The position numbers and the translations under genes were made by a program. DNA of 64,000 nt, taken from assembly GCA_009908945.1 (NCBI GenBank), contig JAAAOI010000197.1:891-64890 (forward strand), in the 5' to 3' direction. Below are positions 34,138 to 43,398 of this stretch, in pieces. A model generated the notes under the pieces. That model worked only from the letters and a program-made list of their open reading frames with translations. It ran no database searches and was not told the DNA's origin. Position 1 is the stretch's first letter; every line of letters starts with the position of its first letter. This DNA is from Bacteroidota bacterium (GTDB taxonomy: Bacteria > Bacteroidota > Rhodothermia > Rhodothermales > Salinibacteraceae).

Positions 34138-34821
34138 ATGCGGCTCCTCCTGTTCGATATTGACGGTACGCTACTGACGTCCAACGGCGCAGCCGGACCT
34201 GCTATTTTGCGGGCCCTCAGCGACCTTGTGGGGCGGCCGATCACGCTGAACGGCATTAGCTTTTCAGGTAAAACAGACCCGCTCATCGTGCAGGAGATTC
34301 TCCGGGCGAACGATGTCCCGGAAGACCAAGTAGCGGCGCTCCTGCCCCATGCGCTGCAGGCGTATGCCACGCTTGCCTCCGCTGCCATCACCGCCGATAC
34401 GGTGCGCGCTCTACCTGGCGCCGCCGCCTTACTCGACGTGCTCGCCCCTCAGGAAAACACGCATCTTGGCCTCCTCACGGGCAACCTGGAGCGGACCGCG
34501 TACCTGAAGCTGGACGCTGTGGGGCTGGGCCGCTACTTTACGTTCGGCGCTTTTGGCAGCGACGACGGCGACCGCAACGCCCTGCCGCCCGTGGCCTGTC
34601 GCCGCGCTGGAGCTGCTCTCAACCGCCCGGTGGCGTTACAAGATGCCGTCATCATCGGCGATACCCCGCGCGACATCGCATGCGGCCGGGCGCACGGCTG
34701 CCGTACCGTGGCCGTGGCTACGGGCGCGTTCGACGCGGATGCCCTGGCCGCCCATGCGCCGGACACGCTCCTGCCCGACCTCAACGATACGCGTGCGGTG
34801 TTGACGGCCCTGGTGGGCTGA
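34138..34821 (+). CDS. HAD-superfamily hydrolase (phosphoglycolate phosphatase-like)
   Basis: The 227-aa ORF has 'LLLFDIDGTLL' (motif I, DxDGT), 'LLTGN' and 'IIGDTPRDIACG' (motif IV region). Confidence 0.8.
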   Translation: MRLLLFDIDGTLLTSNGAAGPAILRALSDLVGRPITLNGISFSGKTDPLIVQEILRANDVPEDQVAALLPHALQAYATLASAAITADTVRALPGAAALLDVLAPQENTHLGLLTGNLERTAYLKLDAVGLGRYFTFGAFGSDDGDRNALPPVACRRAGAALNRPVALQDAVIIGDTPRDIACGRAHGCRTVAVATGAFDADALAAHAPDTLLPDLNDTRAVLTALVG

Positions 34822-35016
34822 GCCACAAGCCCCCCCCAAGGTATTGCGTTCTTCCTGTCTTGCAGGCCTGCCCTGCCAACCTGTTGTCCATGAATGCAAC
34901 GGATGGCCTGCGGCGTTCGCTTCTAACGCTCGCTGCGTGTATATTTAAACAGCTTCACCGGATGCTGTGCTCCTCCCCGCCAATGCGCAGCGTTCACTCC
35001 CATCGTTCAGATCGCT

Positions 35017-35589
35017 ATGACTTCTCCTTCTGCTGCTCCCGGCGACGACCCGTCGCCTGACTCCACCGACAGCGTCCAAGAATTGGCGCCGGAGATCTAT
35101 GACGAGCTCCGGCGGATCGCTCACTTTCAGCTACGCCGCGAGCGCAGCGGGCATACCCTCAACACGACCGCGCTCGTGCATGAGGCTTATCTTCGCCTGG
35201 CCGATCAGTCGGATGCCAGCTGGGAAAACCGTACGCACTTCATGGCCCTTTCGGCGCGTATCATGCGCCATATCCTCATTGACTACGCCCGCAAGCGCAA
35301 CGCGCTCAAGCGGGGAGGCGACCAAGTGCGGGTAACGTTCAACGATGAGTTTCATGGCGGCGAAGCCCGCATGTCGCAGCTCATTGCCCTGGATAATGCG
35401 CTGGAGCGGCTGGCAGAGCAGGACGAGCGGTTGGCCCGTGTCGTGGAGCTGCGCTTCTTTGGCGGGCTGAAGGAGCAGGAGATCGGCGACGTGCTGGGCA
35501 TCTCGGCCCGCACCGTCCGCCGCGACTGGCGGAAGGCGCGCGCCTGGCTGTCGCTGGCGCTCAAAGAAGATGATGACGCAACGGCATGA
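35017..35589 (+). CDS. ECF-type RNA polymerase sigma factor (Sigma70_ECF / TIGR02999-like)
   Basis: The 190-aa ORF carries 'IYDELRRIAHFQLRRERSGHTLNTTALVHEAYLRL', 'HFMALSARIMRHILIDYARKRNALKRGG', 'VVELRFFGGLKEQEIGDVLGISARTVRRDWRKARAWL'. No anti-sigma-like gene follows. Confidence 0.88.
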   Translation: MTSPSAAPGDDPSPDSTDSVQELAPEIYDELRRIAHFQLRRERSGHTLNTTALVHEAYLRLADQSDASWENRTHFMALSARIMRHILIDYARKRNALKRGGDQVRVTFNDEFHGGEARMSQLIALDNALERLAEQDERLARVVELRFFGGLKEQEIGDVLGISARTVRRDWRKARAWLSLALKEDDDATA

Positions 35590-35624
35590 GCACGTCGGCA
35601 GCACAGCCCCTACCCCGCCCCCAG

Positions 35625-36518
35625 TTATTCGACCGGCTCCAGTCCAGCGCGCATGCTCTCCTCCACCGACCGCGCGTAGCCAGAGCCGAAGATATTGAGG
35701 TGGTTAAGCAGGTGATACAGGTTGTAGATGGGACGACGGGCAGCATAGCCCTCATCCACAGGCCACGCGTCTTCGTAGGCTGCGTAAAATGGCGAGCTAA
35801 ACCGACCAAATAGCTCCGTCATCGCCAGGTCCACCTCCCGATGGCCCTGGTAGACGGCCGGATCGATGAGCGCAGCATCACGGGAGCCCGTCATCAACAC
35901 ATTGCCCCCCCAGAGGTCGCCGTGCACCAATGACGGCGTGGGGGTGGCCGGCAGCCGCCCGGGCAGGGCCGCCAGCAACTGGTTGAACGGGGCATCCCAG
36001 GTTGCTTTCCAGACACCGCGCTCCCGCGCCCACCTCGCCTGTGGTTCCAACCGACAGGTCCGGAAGAACGCCGGCCACGTGTCATGCCAGGAGTTTTGCT
36101 GCGGCATTTCGCCGATGAAGTTGTCTTCGGCAAAACCATAGCGGGGCTCCCCCTCGTCCTGTACACGGTGCAACCCGGCCAGCCCCTGGCCCAGCGTGCG
36201 CGCATGGGCGGGCGTCGGGTCAGCGCTTTCAATCCACGGAGTAATCAAAAACCCGGGATCGCCTCCCTGTGCCGGAGCAGCCGCCACCGGTGTAGGGATA
36301 CGAAGGCCGTTGGTCTGGGCAGCCAGCGCGCGCAGCCCCTCTGCCTCCGGCATAAACGTTTGGGCGTTGGGGCCGGCCGCCCACTTGGCAAAGAAAGCGC
36401 CCTCGGCTGTGGCCACCTGTGCGGTAAGGCTCCGCCCTCCACCGACAGCCTCCACGCCCGTTACGGGGGCGCCGATGGCTTCTTGCACCGCAGCAGCAAT
36501 AACAGCAGGAATATCCAT
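35625..36518 (-). CDS. Fructosamine/ketosamine kinase family protein
   Basis: The 297-aa ORF has 'FFAKWA', 'LVHGDLWGGNVL', 'LIDPAVYQGHREVDLAM' and a C-terminal 'YNLYHLLNHLNIFG'. Confidence 0.85.
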   Translation of the reverse strand: MDIPAVIAAAVQEAIGAPVTGVEAVGGGRSLTAQVATAEGAFFAKWAAGPNAQTFMPEAEGLRALAAQTNGLRIPTPVAAAPAQGGDPGFLITPWIESADPTPAHARTLGQGLAGLHRVQDEGEPRYGFAEDNFIGEMPQQNSWHDTWPAFFRTCRLEPQARWARERGVWKATWDAPFNQLLAALPGRLPATPTPSLVHGDLWGGNVLMTGSRDAALIDPAVYQGHREVDLAMTELFGRFSSPFYAAYEDAWPVDEGYAARRPIYNLYHLLNHLNIFGSGYARSVEESMRAGLEPVE

Positions 36519-36569
36519 AGGAAACCTGATACCTCCAGACGGTCGTGTACCTGAACGCGCGACCGGCCT

Positions 36570-37118
36570 CTACGCCTCGGCTACGGGCGAGCTCGTCATT
36601 TCGTCTTCGAGGTCGTGCTCTTCAACCAGTCGATGGAGCAGCATCCGGGCGGTCCGTTCTACAATACCATAGACATTCTCAAAACCGTCCGCCCCTCCGT
36701 AGTAGGGGTCCGGCACCTGGTAATCCTCCGGCTCCGGGTCGAACTCGCGAAAGAGGCGCACCTTGTGGCCGTGCGTGTCATCGCCATCTAAGGCGAGCAC
36801 GTCCTTCAGGTTCGACTTATCCATGGTGAAGATATGATCGTACGCGGCGAGGTCTTCGGCCTGAAATTGCTGCGCGCGATGATCCTCCAGCGAGAGGTCG
36901 TGCTCTTGGGCGGTCTGCCGCATGCGCGCGTCGGCCTGCTCGCCAACGTGCCACCGGCCCGTCCCCGAAGAGAGGACGTCAAAGTAGGCCTCCAGCCCTG
37001 CCTGTTCGACGAGCGAGCGGAAAATGTTCTCCGCCAGCGGGCTGCGGCAGATGTTACCGAGGCATACAAAGTTTACACGGATAGGAAAGTCTTGGTCGGT
37101 TTCCGGTTGCGTTGCCAT
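36570..37118 (-). CDS. Low-molecular-weight protein-tyrosine phosphatase
   Basis: This lies within ORF 36570..37178. The ATG at 37118 gives MATQPETDQDFPIRVNFVCLGNICRSPLAE (the CX5R(S) P-loop), and 'DPYYGG' is present. The gene is divergent from xseA. Confidence 0.88.
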   Translation of the reverse strand: MATQPETDQDFPIRVNFVCLGNICRSPLAENIFRSLVEQAGLEAYFDVLSSGTGRWHVGEQADARMRQTAQEHDLSLEDHRAQQFQAEDLAAYDHIFTMDKSNLKDVLALDGDDTHGHKVRLFREFDPEPEDYQVPDPYYGGADGFENVYGIVERTARMLLHRLVEEHDLEDEMTSSPVAEA

Positions 37119-37176
37119 GGACCGTTTAGGAGATTGCATGGGCCTACGAACTGTACAGTTAACGGGACGCGAATAC

Positions 37177-38442
37177 ATGCCCCAAAGTTCAACCGCCGCC
37201 CAGCATGCGGCTCCGCCGTGCTACACCGTGGGAGAGCTACTCCGTGGACTGCAGGAAACGCTCGACGCGCACCATGGCAACGTCCGCGTCCAGGGCGAAA
37301 TCACGAGCTGGACGCGCCACCGCTCGGGCCACTGCTACTACACGCTCGGCGATGGCGATGCGCAGATCGATTGCGTGATGTGGCGCCATCAGGTGCGCTA
37401 CGTCTTCTTTACTCCAGAGGAAGGGATGGAGGTAGAGGTAAAGGGCGCCGCCTCTATCTACGAGCGGCGGGGCAAGCTGCAGCTGGTCACCCGGTCGATG
37501 AAGATGGCGGGCGAGGGCGCGCTGCAGCAGGCCTTCGAGGAGCGCAAGCAGAAGCTCGCTGCCGAAGGGGTCTTTGCGGACGAACATAAACAGCCACTGC
37601 CGCCGCTGCCGCGGGTCGTGGGGGTCATCACCGCGGGCGATAGCGCGGCGTTTCAGGACATCGCCTCGACGCTGGAACGCCGCTTTCCGCTGGTCCGGGT
37701 GCAGCTGGCCTCCGTCACGGTGCAAGGGATGGAGGCTGCACAGGAGATTGCGGGGGCCCTGCGCATGTTCGGGGCGCGGGCCCCCGCTGACCGTCCGGAT
37801 GTGCTCATCGTGGGCCGGGGCGGCGGCGCGCAAGAGGACCTCTGGGCCTTCAACGAAGAAGCCGTCGCCCGCGCCCTCTTCGCATGTCCGATCCCTACCA
37901 TCAGCGCCGTCGGCCACGAAACCGACGAGTCCATTGCCGACCTCGTCGCCGATCGCCGGGCGGCCACGCCGACGATGGCTGCCGAAATTGCGGTGCCGGA
38001 TGGCACGGCGGTGGAGCAGCACCTCAGGGCGCAGGCGCAAGCGCTCCGCAGGGGGATGGAGCAACGAATGCAGCAAGCGCGGGACCACGTGGTGGCCCTC
38101 ACGCAATCCCGGGCATTTGCTCGCCCCAGGCAGCTCATCGACGCACACCGGACGCGGGTGAAGAGCCTCCATGGCCGCCTGAGCCGCGCCGCGCGCCACG
38201 TGCACGGCCGCGAGGCGGCGGCGGTGACGTCCCTCAAGCGGCAACTCGAGCTGCTGGACCCCCAGCGGCCCCTCCGCCGCGGCTTTGCCCGCATCGAGCA
38301 CCGGAACGCACCTGTCATGCGCGCTGACGCGCTTCACCCGGGCGACCACGTGACGCTCCGGTTTGCCGATGGCGCAGTACCGGCCGAGGTGACGGGCCAC
38401 GCGGCACCGGATCCGGACCAGCCCGGCGAAAACGAGGCATGA
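37177..38442 (+). CDS. xseA: Exodeoxyribonuclease VII large subunit
   Basis: An internal ATG of ORF 37024..38442 begins the gene. Motifs are 'YTVGELLRGLQETLD...VRVQGEITSWTRHRSGHCYYTLGDGDAQIDCVMW' (OB fold), 'VGVITAGDSAAFQD' and 'LIVGRGGG'. Confidence 0.9.
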   Translation: MPQSSTAAQHAAPPCYTVGELLRGLQETLDAHHGNVRVQGEITSWTRHRSGHCYYTLGDGDAQIDCVMWRHQVRYVFFTPEEGMEVEVKGAASIYERRGKLQLVTRSMKMAGEGALQQAFEERKQKLAAEGVFADEHKQPLPPLPRVVGVITAGDSAAFQDIASTLERRFPLVRVQLASVTVQGMEAAQEIAGALRMFGARAPADRPDVLIVGRGGGAQEDLWAFNEEAVARALFACPIPTISAVGHETDESIADLVADRRAATPTMAAEIAVPDGTAVEQHLRAQAQALRRGMEQRMQQARDHVVALTQSRAFARPRQLIDAHRTRVKSLHGRLSRAARHVHGREAAAVTSLKRQLELLDPQRPLRRGFARIEHRNAPVMRADALHPGDHVTLRFADGAVPAEVTGHAAPDPDQPGENEA

Positions 38443-38461
38443 GCACGAGAGCGTGCGGGCG

Positions 38462-39238
38462 TCAGATGAGCGTGTGCGACTGCCCACCGTCCACGTTGAG
38501 GCAGGCGCCGGTCACCAGGCTGGCCCGGCTGGAGGCAAGAAAAGTCACCACGTCGGCCACTTCTTCCGCCCGGCCAAACCGGCCGATCGGCACGTTGTCC
38601 GCGATGAACGCTTGCATCTCCTCCGGCGCTTCCTTTACGCGGCGGTCCCAGCTGCCCCCGGGAAAGCGAATAGACCCCGGGGCCACCGCGTTCGCCCGAA
38701 TCCCTTCTTCTGCCAACTCCAGGGCGATGATTTTGCTGAGGCTGTTGAGAGCGGCTTTGGTCGTATTGTAAATGGAGAGGCCTGCGCCGCCGGCCTCCCG
38801 ACCGAAGATGGACGAAATAAAGATCACGCTCCCCTGCCCGGCCGCCCGCAGATGCGGGATGGCAGCCCGTGTGCAGCGCACGTGCGACTTAAAGTTGAGA
38901 TCCAGGATGTCTTCCCAGTCGGTATCGGTGGTTTCCTCAAACGGCTTGCGGCGATTGCCGCCAACGTTGTTGACAACCACGTCCAGCCGGCCAAAGCGCG
39001 AGGCGACGGTATCGACCAGGCGGGCCGGCGCCTCCTGCTCCGTAAGATCCAGAGGCACCGCCAGGACGTCCGTGCCGTGGGCTCGCAGCTCCTCCGCGGT
39101 GGCCGTCAGCGTCTCCTCAGTGCGTGCGCAGATGGCAACGTGGCAGCCCTCGGCTGCCAGTCCTGCCGCGATGGCCTTCCCGATGCCGCGGCTGGCACCC
39201 GTTACGAGAGCCACTTTTCCTGATAGTCCAAGATCCAT
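38462..39238 (-). CDS. Short-chain dehydrogenase/reductase (SDR) family oxidoreductase
   Basis: The 258-aa ORF has 'GKVALVTGASRGIGKAIA', 'NNVGG', a 'YNTTKAAL' (YxxxK) motif and 'PGSIRFPG'. Confidence 0.9.
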   Translation of the reverse strand: MDLGLSGKVALVTGASRGIGKAIAAGLAAEGCHVAICARTEETLTATAEELRAHGTDVLAVPLDLTEQEAPARLVDTVASRFGRLDVVVNNVGGNRRKPFEETTDTDWEDILDLNFKSHVRCTRAAIPHLRAAGQGSVIFISSIFGREAGGAGLSIYNTTKAALNSLSKIIALELAEEGIRANAVAPGSIRFPGGSWDRRVKEAPEEMQAFIADNVPIGRFGRAEEVADVVTFLASSRASLVTGACLNVDGGQSHTLI

Positions 39239-39489
39239 GCGTAGAACAGGTCGAGTGCGGATAGACGCGGGAGGCGTAGGCTTAGCGATATCGTGGAAGG
39301 TACTGGTTGCGCCGGCCGTTCACAAGCCCCTTGGCCCCGCCGCGCCGCGTCGCGCTGCCCAAACGGGCTCTATCGTGTGGACCCGCCTGAAAACCTAATG
39401 AAGCCCTGTCAGTACAGCAGTATGGTTACGCATTTCCGCTCCCCGTTGGCTCAACAACTTGGAGCCCAACCTGATGTTTTTTCTTCGAC

Positions 39490-39696
39490 ATGGATGAACC
39501 TGATCTCTCGTTTGATGCCGCGCTCCAGCGCCTGGAAGCCCGTGTAGCCACACTTGAGGAGGGCGATGTGACCCTTGAGGAAGCCTTGGAGGCTTACGCG
39601 GAAGGTATCGACGCTGCAAACGCATGCCTGACCCGGTTGCGCACCGCCGAGCTCCGCATCGAATCTATTCAACTTGACGCCTCAGCTTCTTCGTAG
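39490..39696 (+). CDS. xseB: Exodeoxyribonuclease VII small subunit
   Basis: The 68-aa ORF has 'FDAALQRLEARVATLEEGDVTLEEALEAYAEGIDAANACLTRL', the typical XseB helical hairpin. Confidence 0.85.
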   Translation: MDEPDLSFDAALQRLEARVATLEEGDVTLEEALEAYAEGIDAANACLTRLRTAELRIESIQLDASASS

Positions 39697-39757
39697 GATG
39701 CCCGGGCGCCCCGTTGCTTCTCTCGTCTCTACTCACCCGATCTCCACACCTCGTACG

Positions 39758-40282
39758 ATGGCCACTGCAAATACGCCCCTGTTTCCCGATATGCCCCCCG
39801 AGGCCCGGTGCTGGATTTACACTGCCACCGAGCCCATGAGCGCCGCCACCCAAAAAGCCTTTCTGAAGCGAGCGGCGACGTTCTTTGAGGACTGGACCTC
39901 ACATGGGCGCCCTGTACACGGCGACGCGGTCATCCGCGGTGACCGATTTATGATTGTCGCGGCCGAGTTGAAGGGCGGCTATATTTCCGGCTGCGGGATT
40001 GATGCCTCGGTGGAGATGGTTGAGCAAACCGGCGAAGCGCTGAACGTTTCGTGGCTGCCCGCGCTGATGGTCCTTTACCGGGATCCCGAGGGCACGGTAC
40101 AGCATGCCACCCGGTCGGAGTTTCGCGCGCTGGCGAAGGCGGGCGAGGTGACCTCAGCCACGCCGGTGTTCGACCCGACGGTGAACACGGTAGGGCAACT
40201 GCGCGCGGGAGCGTTCGAGCAGCCGGCTCATGCCTCCTGGCATGCTACAGCATTTGGCTTAGCCAACCGGCAGCCAGCATAG
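39758..40282 (+). CDS. Hypothetical protein (no family recognised)
   Basis: This starts at an internal ATG of ORF 39674..40282. The protein is about 174 aa (MATANTPLFPDMPPEARCWIYTATEPMS...) and looks coding by composition. I see no diagnostic motif. Confidence 0.5.
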   Translation: MATANTPLFPDMPPEARCWIYTATEPMSAATQKAFLKRAATFFEDWTSHGRPVHGDAVIRGDRFMIVAAELKGGYISGCGIDASVEMVEQTGEALNVSWLPALMVLYRDPEGTVQHATRSEFRALAKAGEVTSATPVFDPTVNTVGQLRAGAFEQPAHASWHATAFGLANRQPA

Positions 40283-40339
40283 CCTCCAGCCCATGCCGTC
40301 CGTTGTGACCGCTCTTCGCTCATTCGGTAGCCTTCCCTC

Positions 40340-41299
40340 ATGCAGCCTCGTTCCCTCTTTCTCCTGGCGGCTCTTGCTGCAGCGCTTCTTTGGCCCCACG
40401 CCCTCCTGGCGCAGGGGTACATCAACCAGAACGAGGTTGAGGAAGTCGTCAACTTCGAGAAGACCGCCCTCGACCTCATCCCCGAGGTGTACTACGAATA
40501 CCACGTGCTGGCCAGTAGCCGCGACAACAATGTGCTGGCGCGCGCAAACCTGTACCATCGGCTGGGGGATGGCGACGTCGAGAAGGGCCGCAAGCGGGCG
40601 CGAGTAGTCGAACTCATCAACCGGCGCCTGGTGACCCAGCTGTCCCTGGGGGATACGCTGGTCATTCCCACGGTTTTTGATGTCGACTTTCGGGCCTACG
40701 CTCCTTTTCCTCGCTACTACCCGGGCGGCCGCTCGTTTGACAAACTGTTCATTCTGGATAAAACTTCGCAGGCCTGGGCCGCCTACGAGTTTGGCGAGTT
40801 GGAACGCTGGGGGATCATCAACACGGGCGACCCTACGCAATACCCTACGCCTAACGGGCGCTTCAATTTTAACTGGCAGACGGAGTATCGGGTCTCTTCG
40901 CTGAGTCCGCCCGATGAGCCCTGGGAGATGTATTGGGTGTTCAACTTTCACGATGCGCGCGGCATCCACATTCATCAGTACCCCATGCCTACCGGCGGCC
41001 CCACGAGCCGTGGCTGTGTGCGCCTGGTTGATACCGATGCGGAGTGGATCTATCACTGGGCCGACCCCTGGCGGACGACCACCGGCACGACGGGCGTGGG
41101 GAGTCGCCAAGGGCGCATCCTGGAGCAAGGCACGACGGTGCTGGTCATTGGCGATGATCCCGCGGGGGATCCGCAGCCGTTTTCTTTCCGCAACCGCTAC
41201 CCGGTGCTGGAGCGTGTGCAGCTCCCGGCTCATCCCTACGACGTAGCGCCGGGCACCCCACAGCAGGAGCGCTTCGACCGGCTGCGGGCCGCACGGTAA
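40340..41299 (+). CDS. L,D-transpeptidase (YkuD domain) family protein
   Basis: The 319-aa ORF has a signal peptide (MQPRSLFLLAALAAALLWPHALLAQG). The catalytic motif is 'GIHIHQYPMPTGGPTSRGCVRL'. Confidence 0.8.
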   Translation: MQPRSLFLLAALAAALLWPHALLAQGYINQNEVEEVVNFEKTALDLIPEVYYEYHVLASSRDNNVLARANLYHRLGDGDVEKGRKRARVVELINRRLVTQLSLGDTLVIPTVFDVDFRAYAPFPRYYPGGRSFDKLFILDKTSQAWAAYEFGELERWGIINTGDPTQYPTPNGRFNFNWQTEYRVSSLSPPDEPWEMYWVFNFHDARGIHIHQYPMPTGGPTSRGCVRLVDTDAEWIYHWADPWRTTTGTTGVGSRQGRILEQGTTVLVIGDDPAGDPQPFSFRNRYPVLERVQLPAHPYDVAPGTPQQERFDRLRAAR

Positions 41300-41354
41300 G
41301 CACGGTACCCAAACTCATGGCTGAGCCCATGGAAGAGCATCACGACGCTGCAAG

Positions 41355-42446
41355 TTACTGGATGCCCTTAAAGAGGCGGCGGAACCGTGGCATTGTCGCC
41401 TCGCTGTCCCACGAGAAGTATACCACAAGCGCTTTACCGACCACGTGGTCCATGGGCACAAAGCCCCAGAAGCGGCTATCCTCGGAGTTGTCGCGGTTGT
41501 CGCCCAGCACGAAGAAGTAATCTTGGCTGAAGGTGTACGAGGACACGTCCTCCCCGTCGATTTGGAAGGCCGCGCCGTTTCGTCCCGTGGTGCGGCCCTC
41601 AAAACGGCGTATCACCGGCTCGTACGCCCGCCAGTTTTCTTCCGTCAGGTCAACGGTCATCCCCGCGGCCGGTAGCGTCAGCGGACCGTAGTTGTCCGGC
41701 GTAAAGTCGGAGCCCTCCGGATAGAGGCGTTGCCGATACTGCGGGTGCGGCCCGCTAATGTAAGGCTCGACGCTGGCGACGTACGACCAGCTCGCGATCT
41801 CATCGCTGGCCTGCCGCGTGGCGGTAACGGCCACTTCGTTTTCGCTGGGCAAGGCGTGAGTCGTGGTCACCCCGATCTCCCGCAGCCGGGATCCTGGAAG
41901 GCGGGTGCGCTCGCTATCCAGCGTCACGCGCCACAGATGCTGCATGGTGTCCTTGAACTCCAGCGGCGCCCCGTCAATGTAGGGCACCTTATCCTGGATG
42001 GATATTTCTTCGCCCGGGAGCCCCACAACCCGTTTAATGTAGTGCATCTTGCGGTCGGTCGGCGCCTCGGACTCCGGCCAATTAAATACAATGTTGTCAT
42101 TGCGCTGCACCGAAGAAAACCCGGGGATCCGCGTGTAGGGTAACGTGGGACCTGGCAGGTACAGGTTCGTGAACGGCACCCCCAGGGTCATGGGCATCCG
42201 CGGGCCGTAATGCACCTTTGAGACGAAGAGGTAGTCTCCCACCAGCAGCGTCTTCTCCATGGAGGGCGTGGGGATCCGGAAGAGGTCGAAAAAAAGCGAC
42301 CGGATGATCAGCACAATGACCACCGCGAAGATAATGGCTTCCAGCCACTCCCGTGTGGCGCTTTTGGTAGCGGGGTCTTCCCCTCCGCGGCGTGCACGGG
42401 CGGCGGTAGAACGGCGGGACGACGAACGATCGTGCGCGTTGGCCAA
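41355..42446 (-). CDS. lepB: Signal peptidase I
   Basis: The 363-aa ORF has 'FRIPTPSMEKTLLVGDYLFVSK' (the catalytic Ser), 'YIKRVVGLPGE' (the Lys box) and 'FVLGDNRDNSEDSRFWGFVP'. The track start is a TTG, so the true start is uncertain. Confidence 0.9.
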   Translation of the reverse strand: MANAHDRSSSRRSTAARARRGGEDPATKSATREWLEAIIFAVVIVLIIRSLFFDLFRIPTPSMEKTLLVGDYLFVSKVHYGPRMPMTLGVPFTNLYLPGPTLPYTRIPGFSSVQRNDNIVFNWPESEAPTDRKMHYIKRVVGLPGEEISIQDKVPYIDGAPLEFKDTMQHLWRVTLDSERTRLPGSRLREIGVTTTHALPSENEVAVTATRQASDEIASWSYVASVEPYISGPHPQYRQRLYPEGSDFTPDNYGPLTLPAAGMTVDLTEENWRAYEPVIRRFEGRTTGRNGAAFQIDGEDVSSYTFSQDYFFVLGDNRDNSEDSRFWGFVPMDHVVGKALVVYFSWDSEATMPRFRRLFKGIQ

Positions 42447-42528
42447 AGGTTTCGGAGCTAAAGGTGAACAGGAAGGCAGAAGGCGCTCAACCGAAAAAGT
42501 AGCGGCGCGGAGGGTGGATCACTGGGCA

Positions 42529-43383
42529 TCACAGCTGAGGACGGCCCCGGCGTAAGTTGGGCGGGCGAATGCGGTCGATGAAGTAAGCCGACCCGTCGTA
42601 TCCTGTGCGCTGCCAGTGGTTAAACTCGCGGTTGTAATAATAATCGACATACGGTGCCGGATCAATATCCAGCAACGGCCGCAGCAGAGCCGCCCGCAGT
42701 TCAAGCAACTGGTCGCGCCAGCGGCTCTCCGTCATGAGGATGAGCCCGCGGTCTTCCGGGCCGTTTACATCCCTGATTTGCACAGCCATGCTGTCGTTTA
42801 CGACGAGGGCGTACACAAACTGCGGCGAGGGCTCGCCGGACGCCTGCTGGCGCCCAAGTTCGGCCATGGTAACGGTCGGGTCGCCGAAGTGGGCTTGCAG
42901 CCGGGCGCGGAGCTGCGGCGTCTGCGTGGTATCAAGGCGGGCCCGTTTGCGGCTCCCGACGGATCCGAGGTAGGCCCAGGAGTTGTTGCCGTACGTCTGT
43001 TCAAACCACGCGTACGCAAAGTGGCGCACGTGCCGCACGTCCTCTACCACAAGTGGCGCAGGTTTGTCTGGCTCCTCATTGTGCGTCACGCCCGGTGTAC
43101 GTGCGGCCAGCCAGGGCCGGAGGGTGTCCATTGCGGTAGGTAGCAGGCGTGCCGGGCGTCCGGGGAAGCCATCCTTGGTCTCTTCCAGGAACCGCCGCAT
43201 GCGTTCCTGCACAATCGCCTGCTGATACTGCTCAATCAGCGTATGCGCACCGCGGTCCCCCTCCGTCTGCGCCATCGCGGGCGGCGTTAGGGATGGCCAC
43301 AGCATGCACAGCAGCACCAGGCCGATCCCTACGTAGGCTGTGCGCCTGGTGGCCGCTTCCATACGTTTGTTACTCCCGCGCAT
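42529..43383 (-). CDS. Hypothetical secreted protein located between lepA and lepB
   Basis: The 284-aa ORF has a signal-like segment YVGIGLVLLCMLWPSLTPPAMAQ. I recognise no family. Confidence 0.55.
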   Translation of the reverse strand: MRGSNKRMEAATRRTAYVGIGLVLLCMLWPSLTPPAMAQTEGDRGAHTLIEQYQQAIVQERMRRFLEETKDGFPGRPARLLPTAMDTLRPWLAARTPGVTHNEEPDKPAPLVVEDVRHVRHFAYAWFEQTYGNNSWAYLGSVGSRKRARLDTTQTPQLRARLQAHFGDPTVTMAELGRQQASGEPSPQFVYALVVNDSMAVQIRDVNGPEDRGLILMTESRWRDQLLELRAALLRPLLDIDPAPYVDYYYNREFNHWQRTGYDGSAYFIDRIRPPNLRRGRPQL

Positions 43384-43398
43384 GATGGGATATCGTCG

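Noticed and set aside
34880-34960. A putative autoregulated ECF promoter (GCAAC ... CGT-like spacing) upstream of the sigma factor gene.
   Set aside because: The match to the generic GGAAC-N16/17-CGT pattern is weak, and several registers are equally (un)convincing. This is not supportable without a regulon motif.
37237-38487. A 416-aa ORF antisense to xseA. Similar antisense or alternative-frame ORFs occur at 40259-41233, 17557-18618, 33166-33960, 28334-29185, 44365-45222 and 53431-54171.
   Set aside because: All overlap genes with strong family motifs on the other strand, and all have Arg/Pro/Gly-biased, motif-free translations. I treat them as non-coding shadow frames.
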